DNA of 64,000 nucleotides, taken from positions 32,001 through 96,000 of IMG/VR virus record IMGVR_UViG_3300031555_003442; one strand, 5' to 3'. The notes beneath the pieces are model-generated. The model was not told the DNA's origin. It saw nothing but the letters and a program-made list of their open reading frames with translations, and ran no database searches. The stretch comes from a virus. Taxonomy: Duplodnaviria; Caudoviricetes. The position numbers were made by a program, and so were the translations under genes. Shown piece after piece: positions 47,501 through 56,847 of the stretch; within the stretch, counting starts at the first letter, position 1, and each line of letters begins with the position of its first letter.

Positions 47501-48321
47501 TTCTTTGTCTCCTTGGGGAAACCCTTCATGGTTATAACCCCGTTGTCGTTCATCCTAAGCAGCTTGCCGTAGTTTCCAACCTGCCACTCACCCGAGTCTA
47601 CACCCGAATGTCTCGGGTCTTCCCAGAACGAGCGTGTATACCCCTTTATGTTTGGGCCAGGCTTAAATATAGATAAAACTTGGGAATTTGCATAGTTCTT
47701 CATTACATGAAGGATGGATTTTCCGCACAGGTCCTTGTTCCTGAATATCTTGTACCAGACCATGTACTTGTCGTTCGGGTCGGGAACCTTCGGCTTGATT
47801 ACAAGGGCGAATTCTCCCTTGTTGTATTTCAACGCCTTGATGTAGTCGTCGTTGCTGAACTTGTGCGTGGGGAACCCGCCCTCGTTGCAGTAGATGTTGA
47901 CAACGTACTTCCCGTTGCTCATTTCCTTGATTCGGTTAATCCAGTCGGTGAAGGTGTACCCGTGGCAGCCACGTATACCGCTACCGTTCCACTCGCTGAA
48001 TGGGAGATAGGCGAACTGGTATATGTGAATCATCTCGTGAAGGAGTAGCTGTTCGGCCTCGTGCTTCGTGATGTTGTTGTAGAATGTGGAGAGTCTTATC
48101 CTGAATGTCCCGACGTACCATTCGTGGTTCTTCATCGTGCATTCCCTTGTGCGGCGCTTGTTTTTCCAGTACCTGGCGTCTCCCCCGAAAGTCTTTGCGT
48201 TTACAAAACCGAACTCGATATCAGCGGGGAGCTCCCCCTTAAAGAACATAGTGTTAAATTTGTCGTAAGCCTTCCTCATCCAGTCGATGGTAGGCACAAA
48301 CATGACCCTTTCATTCTTCAT
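47497..48321 (-). CDS. SprT-like zinc metalloprotease
   Basis: YDKFNTMFFKGELP, IRLS, LLHEMIH, HGYTF. Confidence 0.8.
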   Translation of the reverse strand: MKNERVMFVPTIDWMRKAYDKFNTMFFKGELPADIEFGFVNAKTFGGDARYWKNKRRTRECTMKNHEWYVGTFRIRLSTFYNNITKHEAEQLLLHEMIHIYQFAYLPFSEWNGSGIRGCHGYTFTDWINRIKEMSNGKYVVNIYCNEGGFPTHKFSNDDYIKALKYNKGEFALVIKPKVPDPNDKYMVWYKIFRNKDLCGKSILHVMKNYANSQVLSIFKPGPNIKGYTRSFWEDPRHSGVDSGEWQVGNYGKLLRMNDNGVITMKGFPKETKK

Positions 48322-48343
48322 ATTTCCCCCGTGCATCCTACTC

Positions 48344-48374
48344 AAGTTTATAGGAGGGCTGAGGCATAAACTAT
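48344..48374. promoter_or_regulatory. divergent pair of late-type motifs (TATAAACTT minus 48344-48352; CATAAACTAT plus 48365-48374)
   Basis: One motif faces each divergent gene. Confidence 0.55.
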
Positions 48375-48394
48375 GGGAAAACAGTGGAGAAAAT

Positions 48395-49258
48395 ATGGCT
48401 AAAATCGCTATTAGCGTCAACGGGGGAGGCGCACTCGGTATCGGTCCCCTGCATTTCATGAGAAAGCTCGAAGAAAGGCTGGGAAAGCCGCTCGACCAGC
48501 TGGCCGTAGCCTATGCGGGAACGTCCACGGGGGCAATCATCGCCGCCTGCCTGTCCGAGGGCATGAAGGCTATGGACCTGTTCGACCTGTACGACAAGAA
48601 CCTTTCCAAGATATTCACTAAGTACCCGTGGTACAAGAGGTTACAACCCAGCTGCCCGACCTACGACAACAGCAACTTGAAGAAGCTGTTGAAGGAAAAG
48701 TTGAACGGAAAGTGCAAGGACTGGAAGAAACCCACCTACATAACGACCACGTTCATGAATGGGGAATCTGTCGAGAAGGTCTGGGACAAGAAGGACGACC
48801 AGGACAAGTGGTTTGCCGTGCTTTCCTCTACCGCCGCTCCTACCTATTTTGACGTTCTGAGCAAGGACGGGAAGTATTACTGCGACGGCGGTATGTGGTC
48901 CAACTCGCCTATCATGGTTCTTGAATCTGGTATCAAGCGGGATTACCCCAAGTGGAAGGACGTAAAGATTCTGTCCTTCAACACGGGAATGGATACCCCG
49001 AACGACGACACCAAGGGAAACAGGAACCTTCTCCAATGGGGCGAGTACATCCTTGACAACTGGGTTGCAAGGGCTGGCAAGAGCGACCTGTTCGAAGCAC
49101 AGGCAAACCTCGGCAAGGACAATGTCTACGAGGTTTCCCCGAAGGTGAAGAAAAAATACAAAATGGATGACCTGTCAATCAAGGACGAGGTCATCCGTAT
49201 CTGGGACGATGAATTCAAACGGGTCGGTAACGACGTTCTGAAATTCATAAAGAGCTAA
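48395..49258 (+). CDS. patatin-like phospholipase
   Basis: NGGGALG, AGTSTG, STAAPTYF, DGG. Confidence 0.9.
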   Translation: MAKIAISVNGGGALGIGPLHFMRKLEERLGKPLDQLAVAYAGTSTGAIIAACLSEGMKAMDLFDLYDKNLSKIFTKYPWYKRLQPSCPTYDNSNLKKLLKEKLNGKCKDWKKPTYITTTFMNGESVEKVWDKKDDQDKWFAVLSSTAAPTYFDVLSKDGKYYCDGGMWSNSPIMVLESGIKRDYPKWKDVKILSFNTGMDTPNDDTKGNRNLLQWGEYILDNWVARAGKSDLFEAQANLGKDNVYEVSPKVKKKYKMDDLSIKDEVIRIWDDEFKRVGNDVLKFIKS

Positions 49259-49928
49259 TCTCTGGGGGAGGATACGTAACCTTCGAGTTCGAATGTATGT
49301 CGTATCCTCTCCATTCCATCCAATATCCCATAAGATATTCAGAAAGGTACCCGTAAAGACGTGGTTCCAGTTTTCCGTGCATAACGTCAACGGTAAACTT
49401 TTCCAGCATCGGGAAAAGGAAGCGGGAGTAATCGTCGACCACCCTCTTGTGACCGATGAACATGTTGCAACCAAAGTACCAGTTTTCTTTCAGCATGCGG
49501 TTCATTGCGTAATCGACAAGTTCTATTGAATAGTTGTCACGCAAGTACATGAGCCACTTGAACAGCATCTCCTTGACGATTGTGTCTGTGGTGGCGGTCT
49601 TGTTATGCTTTTCCTGTGCCATCCATGTCATGACATTTTTTCTAAGATGGTTCGGCGACATGATTATGTCGTGTGAGTCGAGGATAGCCCTGATTTTCTC
49701 CTCGGGAAGAATGTAGTTCGGTTTCGTGTAATCTTCCGTGAAGAAGCGGCGGTAATGTTCAAGGCCAACAATGTCGGTATTCACCTGTTTCCACAGCTTG
49801 TATAGACCGCCCAGCTCGCAAAAGTAATGGTGGTCAAGGTAGCAGTTGGTCAAGTTGTAGAAAGCACGGGGACGGCTTGCGCTGATAGGCACCATGTTCG
49901 GGTCAAGTCCACATATAAGGATAAGCAT
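49245..49928 (-). CDS. DUF4422 (GT111-like) glycosyltransferase
   Basis: FCELGGLYKLWK, VGLEHYRRFF, CNMFI, RLYGYLSE. Confidence 0.8.
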   Translation of the reverse strand: MLILICGLDPNMVPISASRPRAFYNLTNCYLDHHYFCELGGLYKLWKQVNTDIVGLEHYRRFFTEDYTKPNYILPEEKIRAILDSHDIIMSPNHLRKNVMTWMAQEKHNKTATTDTIVKEMLFKWLMYLRDNYSIELVDYAMNRMLKENWYFGCNMFIGHKRVVDDYSRFLFPMLEKFTVDVMHGKLEPRLYGYLSEYLMGYWMEWRGYDIHSNSKVTYPPPEISSL

Positions 49929-51406
49929 TAGATTTCCTCCCTGCAAATAACGGTTCTTTCGGTTTCTTCTAGGTCGCTAAGGTCCTTGTTGAAACGGATG
50001 TGGGGTTGCAGTTTCAACTTGTACTTGTTGAACAGGAGCCATGAACCGAAGGTGAATTCCCCGAGGTAGCCGATATGGCGAAGTTTCTTTTCGGAAACAG
50101 GGTACTTCTTCATGAATTTTCTGGTGTTCGGGAACATCCATTCGCAATACTTGTCTATCAGCTCCTTCTTGGCGATAAACATGTTGCAGCAAATAAGCAT
50201 GTCGTGATGAAGCCAGTCAAGGCAGAACTGCTTGAATCCAGGAGTTCCCTCCTCGACGATATCCAGCCACGCATCGAACATTTTCGTGTAGTGGGAAACT
50301 TCAAGGAAGCTGTATGCGCTCCTTCCCTTGGTATGCTGGTGGAATGCGACGATTGCATCGTATTTTTCGAGGATTTCGATAGCGCTGCTTTTCGGGAGGA
50401 TGGTGTACGAGCTATTTACATCGTAACTTCCGTTGTCCTGCATGACGAAGCACCTGCGGTAATGTTCGAGACCGACATACTTTGCCGTACTGTGCTTGTG
50501 AAGGTAGTATAGAGCAGTCAGTTCGCAGAACCACGGGTTGAACCTGTCGATGTTCGGCTCGTCATGTTCCTCGTCGACAAAGAAGTATTTACGGCACGGG
50601 TCGTTCTCGATGATTCGGGCGACACGGTTCTTTGTGGACGATACGACATAGACTTCCATTTCCTCGTCAGGGTCACTGTCTTTCTTCAACGGAAGCGCAT
50701 GTGAAATCGGCGGTAATAGCTGGTCGTAGTATTCCTGCACGGCCTCGATGATTGCGTCCTTGTTCGGGGGTTCTGGAAGTTCCAATGCGGGTGACAGGTG
50801 CCTGATGTCCAGTTCATAGTCGGCGCATACAATCGCCATGAAAATGTAGGCGGTATCTTCGTTCATCGGAAACGTGATGAAATCGTACTCGTGCATGCAT
50901 GTGAACATCGTCGAGTTTCCTGGCGGATACAGAGTGTCCTGCGGGCATACGATTTCGTAATACTTGTTCGACAGGTTCGTATCTTTCCTTTTCTCGGCAA
51001 GAGTGGAAAATGTTGCAACGGGCTTGTCATCTTCCCGTGACACCTTGACAAGGTTGAAAGCGGCGGTGCAGATACTTTTCGGGAACTTTTCGTGCATCTT
51101 GTACAGTTCTTCGAGACAGTTCGAATCGTAGTTGATTCCCGACTTTACCGAAATTATAGGAAGTGACGGGTATTCGTCCATCCCATATACGATTGCGGCC
51201 AACGGGTTGTCCGTGGGTTCCATCAGATGGGTGTTTACCCTGCTCATTTCCTTGATTGCATCGGGGACGGTAAACCCTTCCGTTTCAGTCTGGATGCACA
51301 GGAGTACGTTAATTTCTGGATTCTTGTTCAGTATTGAGCATACGGTCTTGCGACATTGGCCCAATTCATTTTCTTTAACTTGCAAAACGGCGATAGCTTT
51401 TGTCAT
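49928..51406 (-). CDS. two-domain glycosyltransferase with a C-terminal DUF4422
   Basis: NPWFCELTALY, VGLEHYRR, CNMFIAK, RHIGYLGE; degenerate GT-A-like N-terminal half. Confidence 0.75.
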   Translation of the reverse strand: MTKAIAVLQVKENELGQCRKTVCSILNKNPEINVLLCIQTETEGFTVPDAIKEMSRVNTHLMEPTDNPLAAIVYGMDEYPSLPIISVKSGINYDSNCLEELYKMHEKFPKSICTAAFNLVKVSREDDKPVATFSTLAEKRKDTNLSNKYYEIVCPQDTLYPPGNSTMFTCMHEYDFITFPMNEDTAYIFMAIVCADYELDIRHLSPALELPEPPNKDAIIEAVQEYYDQLLPPISHALPLKKDSDPDEEMEVYVVSSTKNRVARIIENDPCRKYFFVDEEHDEPNIDRFNPWFCELTALYYLHKHSTAKYVGLEHYRRCFVMQDNGSYDVNSSYTILPKSSAIEILEKYDAIVAFHQHTKGRSAYSFLEVSHYTKMFDAWLDIVEEGTPGFKQFCLDWLHHDMLICCNMFIAKKELIDKYCEWMFPNTRKFMKKYPVSEKKLRHIGYLGEFTFGSWLLFNKYKLKLQPHIRFNKDLSDLEETERTVICREEI

Positions 51407-51453
51407 TTTCGCTCCTTTAATCGCAATTAAAATATATTTTTGGGGTCTAACTC

Positions 51454-51482
51454 TTGCCAAGCGTCTTTAAATAATCTATATT
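51454..51482 (+). promoter_or_regulatory. sigma70-type promoter TTGCCA-17-TATATT
   Basis: 7 nt before the thyA ATG. Confidence 0.6.
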
Positions 51483-51489
51483 GGTTGTC

Positions 51490-52302
51490 ATGAAACAGTA
51501 TCTCGATTTGCTTAAAGACATTATGGAGAACGGCGTCGACCGTTCCGACCGCACTGGAACGGGAACACGTTCCGTATTTGGCCGCCAGTGCCGCTATGAC
51601 CTCACCGCAGGATTCCCGTGCCTGACCACGAAGAAACTGCATCTCCGTTCCATCATCCATGAACTCCTGTGGTTCCTTGCGGGCGATACCAACATCAAGT
51701 ATCTCCGTGACAACAAGGTGACTATCTGGGACGAATGGGCTGACGAAAACGGCGATTTGGGCCCAGTTTACGGGCATCAGTGGCGTTCATGGCCGACACC
51801 CGACGGAGGCCACATCGACCAGATTAAGAACCTGGTGGACAGCCTCAAGAACAACCCCGATTCCCGCCGTCACCTCGTGTGTGCATGGAACGTGGCCGAA
51901 GTTGACAAGATGGCCTTGCCGCCCTGTCATTGCCTGTTCCAGTTCTATGTTGGTGGCGTTGGCGAATCTGGTAAGCGTAAGCTGAGTTGTCAGCTTTATC
52001 AGCGTAGTGCCGACACGTTCCTTGGAGTCCCGTTCAACATCGCTTCTTACGCCCTTCTGACGATGATGCTGGCGCAGGTATGCGGTTACGAGGCATCGGA
52101 ATTCATCCACATCCTGGGTGACACCCACATTTACAGCAACCATTTCGACCAGGTTAAGGAACAGCTTTCCAGAACCCCGAGAGCGTTGCCGACGATGAAG
52201 ATTAACCCAGATGTCAAGGACATCTTCAGCTTCCGCTACGAAGACTTCGAACTTGAAAATTATGACCCGTATCCTTCAATCAAGGCGCCGATAGCAGTAT
52301 GA
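51490..52302 (+). CDS. thyA: thymidylate synthase
   Basis: [39 protein letters not shown]. Confidence 0.97.
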   Translation: MKQYLDLLKDIMENGVDRSDRTGTGTRSVFGRQCRYDLTAGFPCLTTKKLHLRSIIHELLWFLAGDTNIKYLRDNKVTIWDEWADENGDLGPVYGHQWRSWPTPDGGHIDQIKNLVDSLKNNPDSRRHLVCAWNVAEVDKMALPPCHCLFQFYVGGVGESGKRKLSCQLYQRSADTFLGVPFNIASYALLTMMLAQVCGYEASEFIHILGDTHIYSNHFDQVKEQLSRTPRALPTMKINPDVKDIFSFRYEDFELENYDPYPSIKAPIAV

Positions 52303-52337
52303 TTGTGTAAATAAAAATTACGAAAAGAGACCTAGCA

Positions 52338-52556
52338 ATGACTACACATACATATCTTGTTTCTGTAACCGGTTCTACAAACATGGGTGGCAAGTTTGAT
52401 GCGTGTTTTAAATATAGCACAGCAAGCAAAGGTTCTACGTTAGCAGAAGAACTGTTTGACGCTGCCAATAATCAGGACTATGGTCTTGAATATGGAGTCA
52501 AGGCAAAAACGCCGATTATAACTGGCGTGTTTGATTGCGGAACAAATGAAGAATGA
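52338..52556 (+). CDS. hypothetical protein
   Basis: 72 aa between thyA and folA. Confidence 0.5.
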   Translation: MTTHTYLVSVTGSTNMGGKFDACFKYSTASKGSTLAEELFDAANNQDYGLEYGVKAKTPIITGVFDCGTNEE

Positions 52557-52606
52557 TTCCAAACATAAGGCAGATGGCTAGTTCATAAAGTGTAAGGTAA
52601 TTATTT

Positions 52607-53230
52607 ATGATTGTTTCAATGATTGTCGCAATGACTCCCGACATGATAATAGGGAAGGATGGCCACCTCCCGTGGCATATTAAATCTGATTTGATTAGGT
52701 TTAAGACTATTACTTCTGGCCACCATGTCGTTATGGGCAGGGTGAACTACGAGGATATTGGCAGGCCGTTGCCGAACCGTACCAACCTAATCCTTACCCG
52801 TGACCCTGATTTCAAGGCTGAGGGTTGCACCACGGTTGCATCCATCGAGGAAGCAATCAGGATTGCAGAAAATGCTGGGGAAACCGAGCTTTTCGTAATC
52901 GGTGGAGCCTCTGCGTACCGTGCGGCGATGCCTTATGCCGACAAGCTGTACCTCACCATTGTGTGTGCGAAGGTTGAAGGAACGGTCAAGTTCCCTGCCG
53001 AGTGCTGGACGAAGGAATGGCTACAGGTTGGAACCGACGTGCATGACATCAGGTTTTCATGGCCGATTCTCGATGCCGATTCCAACGACGATTACGACAC
53101 TCTGTATTGCACCTTTGTAAAGAAACGTTATCTCGAACGGACGATGGGTACTATGTCTGTACTTGACCCGTACAAGCCGACCCGCCAAGACATGTATGCA
53201 ATGACGATGATGAACATGGAGGAAAAATGA
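52607..53230 (+). CDS. folA: dihydrofolate reductase
   Basis: IGKDGHLPWHIKSDL, VMGR, RPLPNRTN, VIGGA. Confidence 0.93.
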   Translation: MIVSMIVAMTPDMIIGKDGHLPWHIKSDLIRFKTITSGHHVVMGRVNYEDIGRPLPNRTNLILTRDPDFKAEGCTTVASIEEAIRIAENAGETELFVIGGASAYRAAMPYADKLYLTIVCAKVEGTVKFPAECWTKEWLQVGTDVHDIRFSWPILDADSNDDYDTLYCTFVKKRYLERTMGTMSVLDPYKPTRQDMYAMTMMNMEEK

Positions 53231-53616
53231 ATCCGATTTATATTTTTCTTATGATGCTGTTCCTTCATACGCTGGATGACTTTCACCTTCAGGGTTGCCT
53301 TGCGAACTTGAAACAGAAGTCCTGGTGGGCAGAGCATGCCCCAGACCCGATGTACAAGCATGACTGGATTCCCGCACTGATGGCGCATTGCATCAGCTGG
53401 ACAACCCTTACGATGTTTCCCTGCATCCTTTTTATGAGCGTTCCCGTATGGTTGGCAATCGTGCTGTTCGTGTTCAATGCCGCTTTCCACTTCTGGATTG
53501 ACGACTTGAAGTGCAACCGCCATGCGCTCAACCTCATCGAGGACCAGCTCATGCACCTTTCTCAACTCACCCTCACCTTCCTCGTCTGCTGGAAGATTCC
53601 CGCAATGTTTATCTAA
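53227..53616 (+). CDS. DUF3307-like membrane protein
   Basis: HTLDDFHLQ, HFWIDDLK, DQLMH. Confidence 0.75.
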   Translation: MNPIYIFLMMLFLHTLDDFHLQGCLANLKQKSWWAEHAPDPMYKHDWIPALMAHCISWTTLTMFPCILFMSVPVWLAIVLFVFNAAFHFWIDDLKCNRHALNLIEDQLMHLSQLTLTFLVCWKIPAMFI

Positions 53617-53628
53617 AAGGAGATAACC

Positions 53629-54501
53629 ATGAGCCACTACACCACATACGTTGTCACAAAGACAAACAACAAAGAAGAACTCGACAAATTGATGCTTCCG
53701 TATCATGAGTACGAATGTACTGGCATGACGGCGTATTGCGTCCATCTTGACAAGACGGCGGAAGTCATCAAGGAGTATGCCGACAATAAAGATGACTATG
53801 ACTCTCCTGAAGCCTTCTTGGAGTCGTGGTATGGCATTAAATCTGACCATGTCTATGAAGAGGAACCTGCTGAAAAGCCAGAATACTCGTATGCCGTTAT
53901 CAAGGACGGAAATATCGTAAAGATGTGCAACTTTACGAACCCCAACCACAAATGGGATTACTATACCCCGTTTACTTGGGAAAGCTGCACGTTCCTTAAA
54001 GAGGGTGCTAACGGAGCAGTACAGGCAATCGAGAAATCGCAGCTTGACATTGACGGTTTCATGAATGGCAGAAAGAAGTATTTCTCTGAATTGTACAACA
54101 AGTTGAAACCGTATTTCAAACCAGATTTCATTAGCTGGGAAGACGCCCGTAAACAGAATGAAGATGACATTGCCAAGGCAAGAGAAGTCTACAACAACCA
54201 GCAGAGCATTAAGGATATGGAGGCTGGCGTCGGCTCTAGCGAACTGTTCCATATCAGATGGAATATCCAGGTTGATGACATTGCTAAGATGACCGAAGAA
54301 GAATTCCTTGACAGCAACCTTCGTGAAGCGGCCCCGTTCTGGGCTATCGTCCTTCCGACGGGTCAATGGATTGAACACGGCCACATGGGCTGGTGGGCTG
54401 TCAGCTGGGATGAAGACAAGGATTTCAACAAGACCTGGACGGAAATCTGGAAAACCCTTCCCGACGACTGCTATGTCTGGCGTTGCGACTGTCATACCTA
54501 A
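53629..54501 (+). CDS. conserved phage hypothetical protein
   Basis: MSHY..., NPNHKWDYY, MGWWA, C-terminal DCH. Confidence 0.75.
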   Translation: MSHYTTYVVTKTNNKEELDKLMLPYHEYECTGMTAYCVHLDKTAEVIKEYADNKDDYDSPEAFLESWYGIKSDHVYEEEPAEKPEYSYAVIKDGNIVKMCNFTNPNHKWDYYTPFTWESCTFLKEGANGAVQAIEKSQLDIDGFMNGRKKYFSELYNKLKPYFKPDFISWEDARKQNEDDIAKAREVYNNQQSIKDMEAGVGSSELFHIRWNIQVDDIAKMTEEEFLDSNLREAAPFWAIVLPTGQWIEHGHMGWWAVSWDEDKDFNKTWTEIWKTLPDDCYVWRCDCHT

Positions 54502-54515
54502 TTGAGGAACTGTAT

Positions 54516-54785
54516 ATGGAAACGAGAAAAATCAAGCTGCTTGTCAGCGTAGAGTATCAGCCAGAACTTCTGCACAACATTAGAGATGAATCCAATAAAC
54601 TGGTTGACCAGGTCAACGAAGAGCCGACTGCCGCCGATATTGAGTTGATGGATAAAGAAATCAAGGAGAGTATCGAATGTGCGTTGGCTAACCTGTTTGA
54701 TGATGGATTTCATCATCCGTACCGCAAGGATTATTTGTTGAACCACGGCGACGCCATGTTTAAAGTTGTTAAGTGTGATGATTAA
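54516..54785 (+). CDS. hypothetical protein
   Basis: GAGGA RBS. Confidence 0.6.
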   Translation: METRKIKLLVSVEYQPELLHNIRDESNKLVDQVNEEPTAADIELMDKEIKESIECALANLFDDGFHHPYRKDYLLNHGDAMFKVVKCDD

Positions 54786-54806
54786 CTAAATTCAATCGGA
54801 GGAATC

Positions 54807-55121
54807 ATGAATACCGATAAGGGAACTATTATTGGCGAAGCGGGTACATACCGTCTGATAGACCTGTTTGACGACCTTGCTGGAAGGATGCATACCTACG
54901 GCCCCAATGCCGTAATCAGTTTCAATCGGTCTGGTTGGAATGGTATCGGACCTGGTTTACGCATTGAAGGAATTCAAGCCAGAAACGAAGGTCGCTATCG
55001 TGGACGCAAAGGGAACGATGCAATTCTTCAATACATAAATGGCTTGACAATTTCACCATTTGTAACTATATTATCCTTCGGACATCAACCGAAGGATTTT
55101 TTATGGCTGTTATCGCAGTAG
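54807..55121 (+). CDS. hypothetical protein
   Basis: GGAGG RBS. Confidence 0.55.
   Translation: MNTDKGTIIGEAGTYRLIDLFDDLAGRMHTYGPNAVISFNRSGWNGIGPGLRIEGIQARNEGRYRGRKGNDAILQYINGLTISPFVTILSFGHQPKDFLWLLSQ
55044..55072 (+). promoter_or_regulatory. sigma70-type promoter TTGACA-17-TATATT
   Basis: Consensus -35 and spacing. Confidence 0.7.
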
Positions 55122-55504
55122 ATTTTGACGGAACCCTTGCTCTCGGGGACAGTTTCCCGAACGTGAACAACTCCGTCCCGAACACGGTTCTCATCGACGC
55201 CCTCAAGACTTTACAGAACTTGGGGCACCAGATAATCCTCTGGACATGCCGAGAAAACTACGGCGGGAAGTACTACGAGGACGGGCCGTACCTCATAGAC
55301 GCAGTCCAGTTCTGCGAACGCTGCGACCTGCATTTTGACGCAGTAAACAAGAATATCGGCGAAAATGACGGTGAGGAAGGAACCCTTTATGGCCGAAAAA
55401 TAGCCGCAGACCTTTATATCGACGACAAGAGCGTCATCCTTGAACCGATAAACTGGGTAGGGTATGTAGAGAAACTTTTGAGAAGGTTTGAAACTACGTT
55501 ATAA
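55103..55504 (+). CDS. HAD-superfamily phosphatase
   Basis: AVDFDGTL, LWTCR, KIAADLYIDDK. Confidence 0.85.
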   Translation: MAVIAVDFDGTLALGDSFPNVNNSVPNTVLIDALKTLQNLGHQIILWTCRENYGGKYYEDGPYLIDAVQFCERCDLHFDAVNKNIGENDGEEGTLYGRKIAADLYIDDKSVILEPINWVGYVEKLLRRFETTL

Positions 55505-55517
55505 CACGGGGGTGCTT

Positions 55518-56087
55518 ATGTACATGAGTGAAGACGCCGAGTTGAGGATAGCTGGCATCGAGCCAGAGTCGTTCGTTGACGGCCCAGGTATACGTTTCGC
55601 CGTGTTCACCCAGGGTTGCACCCACCATTGCCCCGAATGTCAAAATCCCGAGACCCACGCCTTTGGCAAGGGTCACGTCGAGACTGCAGAAAGTCTGCTG
55701 AAAATGATTGATTCTAACCCGTTGCTGACAGGCGTTACCCTCAGTGGTGGCGACCCGATGGAACAGGCGATTCAGCTCCTGCCGTTCGCCCACGGGGTAA
55801 AGATGAGGGGCTTGAACCTGATTGTGTACACTGGGTACTGCTACGAGATGCTCGTATCTAAGTTTGCCCATCCAGCGATGAAGGAGTTGCTGATGTACAC
55901 GGACATACTGGTCGACGGCCCGTACATGAAGGACCTGCGTGACCTGGAACTGTCGTTCAGGGGTTCGTCCAACCAGCGTCTGATAGATGTACAGCAGAGC
56001 CTTGTCGAAGGAAAGGTGGTTCTACACAAAATCCAGCAAGAAGAAATGAAATTGAAACAGGGGGAACTGGGTGGTAGTATCAGTTAG
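55518..56087 (+). CDS. nrdG: anaerobic RNR activating radical SAM protein
   Basis: SFVDGPGIR, GCTHHCPECQNP, LSGGDP, FRGSSNQR. Confidence 0.95.
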   Translation: MYMSEDAELRIAGIEPESFVDGPGIRFAVFTQGCTHHCPECQNPETHAFGKGHVETAESLLKMIDSNPLLTGVTLSGGDPMEQAIQLLPFAHGVKMRGLNLIVYTGYCYEMLVSKFAHPAMKELLMYTDILVDGPYMKDLRDLELSFRGSSNQRLIDVQQSLVEGKVVLHKIQQEEMKLKQGELGGSIS

Positions 56088-56235
56088 CGGATTGCTGTTT
56101 TCCATCGTATTGGGAGTAATCGGTGCCATTATCGTACTTGTGGTTACCGCTGGCATGGGCTACTTATTCAAATTAGTTTGCAGATTTTTCCGTTGGATTG
56201 CTAATAATTTCAAAAAGTGGAAAAATAACCCTTGA
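56071..56235 (+). CDS. 54-aa single-pass membrane protein (not in track)
   Basis: GTG start after GGGGGA; hydrophobic helix then basic amphipathic tail RFFRWIANNFKKWK. Confidence 0.5.
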   Translation: MVVSVSGLLFSIVLGVIGAIIVLVVTAGMGYLFKLVCRFFRWIANNFKKWKNNP

Positions 56236-56260
56236 CAATCATGTTTTAATCTTCTATATT
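56232..56260 (+). promoter_or_regulatory. sigma70-type promoter TTGACA-17-TATATT heading the NAD salvage operon
   Basis: Consensus -35, A-rich upstream element. Confidence 0.75.
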
Positions 56261-56289
56261 TTCTCCTGTGAAACCACAGGAGATTTTTT

Positions 56290-56835
56290 ATGAACAATAA
56301 ACACCTTATCATCGTCGACATGCAGGTCGATTTCATCACGGGCGCCCTCGCCAATCCTAACACAGAATGGGCACAGGCTGTAATCAAGAACATCATCGAG
56401 CTAATCAAGAAATTTGATGGCAAGGTCTGGTTCACCCGTGACACTCATTCCAAGAACTATCTCGATACCCAGGAAGGCAAGAATCTCAAGATTCCGCACT
56501 GCATCAAGGGCACTCCTGGCTGGGAAATCATCCCTGAACTCCGCCAGTTCGTCACCGAGCAGAATGTAATCGACAAGAATACGTTCGGTTTCCCGTACTG
56601 GGCTGCCGTCCTCGGCGACCATGATACCTATGCTGGTATCGAAATCCCGCCGACCGAAGTCTACATCGCTGGTACTGTCACTAGCATCTGCGTGGACAGC
56701 AACGCAAACGGTATCAAGACGGCGTTCCCCGAAGCTATCGTCGGCGTGTACAAGGACTGCTGCCTCGACCTTGACAAGATGCATCACGATGCCGCATTGA
56801 TGGCAATGGCAGCAAAACAAATCAAGCTTCTCTAA
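56290..56835 (+). CDS. pncA: nicotinamidase (isochorismatase family)
   Basis: IIVDMQVDF, TRDTH, PHCIKGTPGW, DKNTF, SICV; in an operon with pncB. Confidence 0.88.
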   Translation: MNNKHLIIVDMQVDFITGALANPNTEWAQAVIKNIIELIKKFDGKVWFTRDTHSKNYLDTQEGKNLKIPHCIKGTPGWEIIPELRQFVTEQNVIDKNTFGFPYWAAVLGDHDTYAGIEIPPTEVYIAGTVTSICVDSNANGIKTAFPEAIVGVYKDCCLDLDKMHHDAALMAMAAKQIKLL

Positions 56836-56847
56836 AAAGGAGATATC

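Noticed and set aside
48395-49258. Patatin as a CBASS CapV effector
   Set aside because: No CD-NTase or other CBASS gene nearby
53128-54495. Long antisense ORFs (also 445-975, 18328-19299, 37306-38310, 39016-40089, 40471-41502, 42979-43953)
   Set aside because: They are shadows of well-supported genes on the other strand, produced by codon bias, and have no motifs
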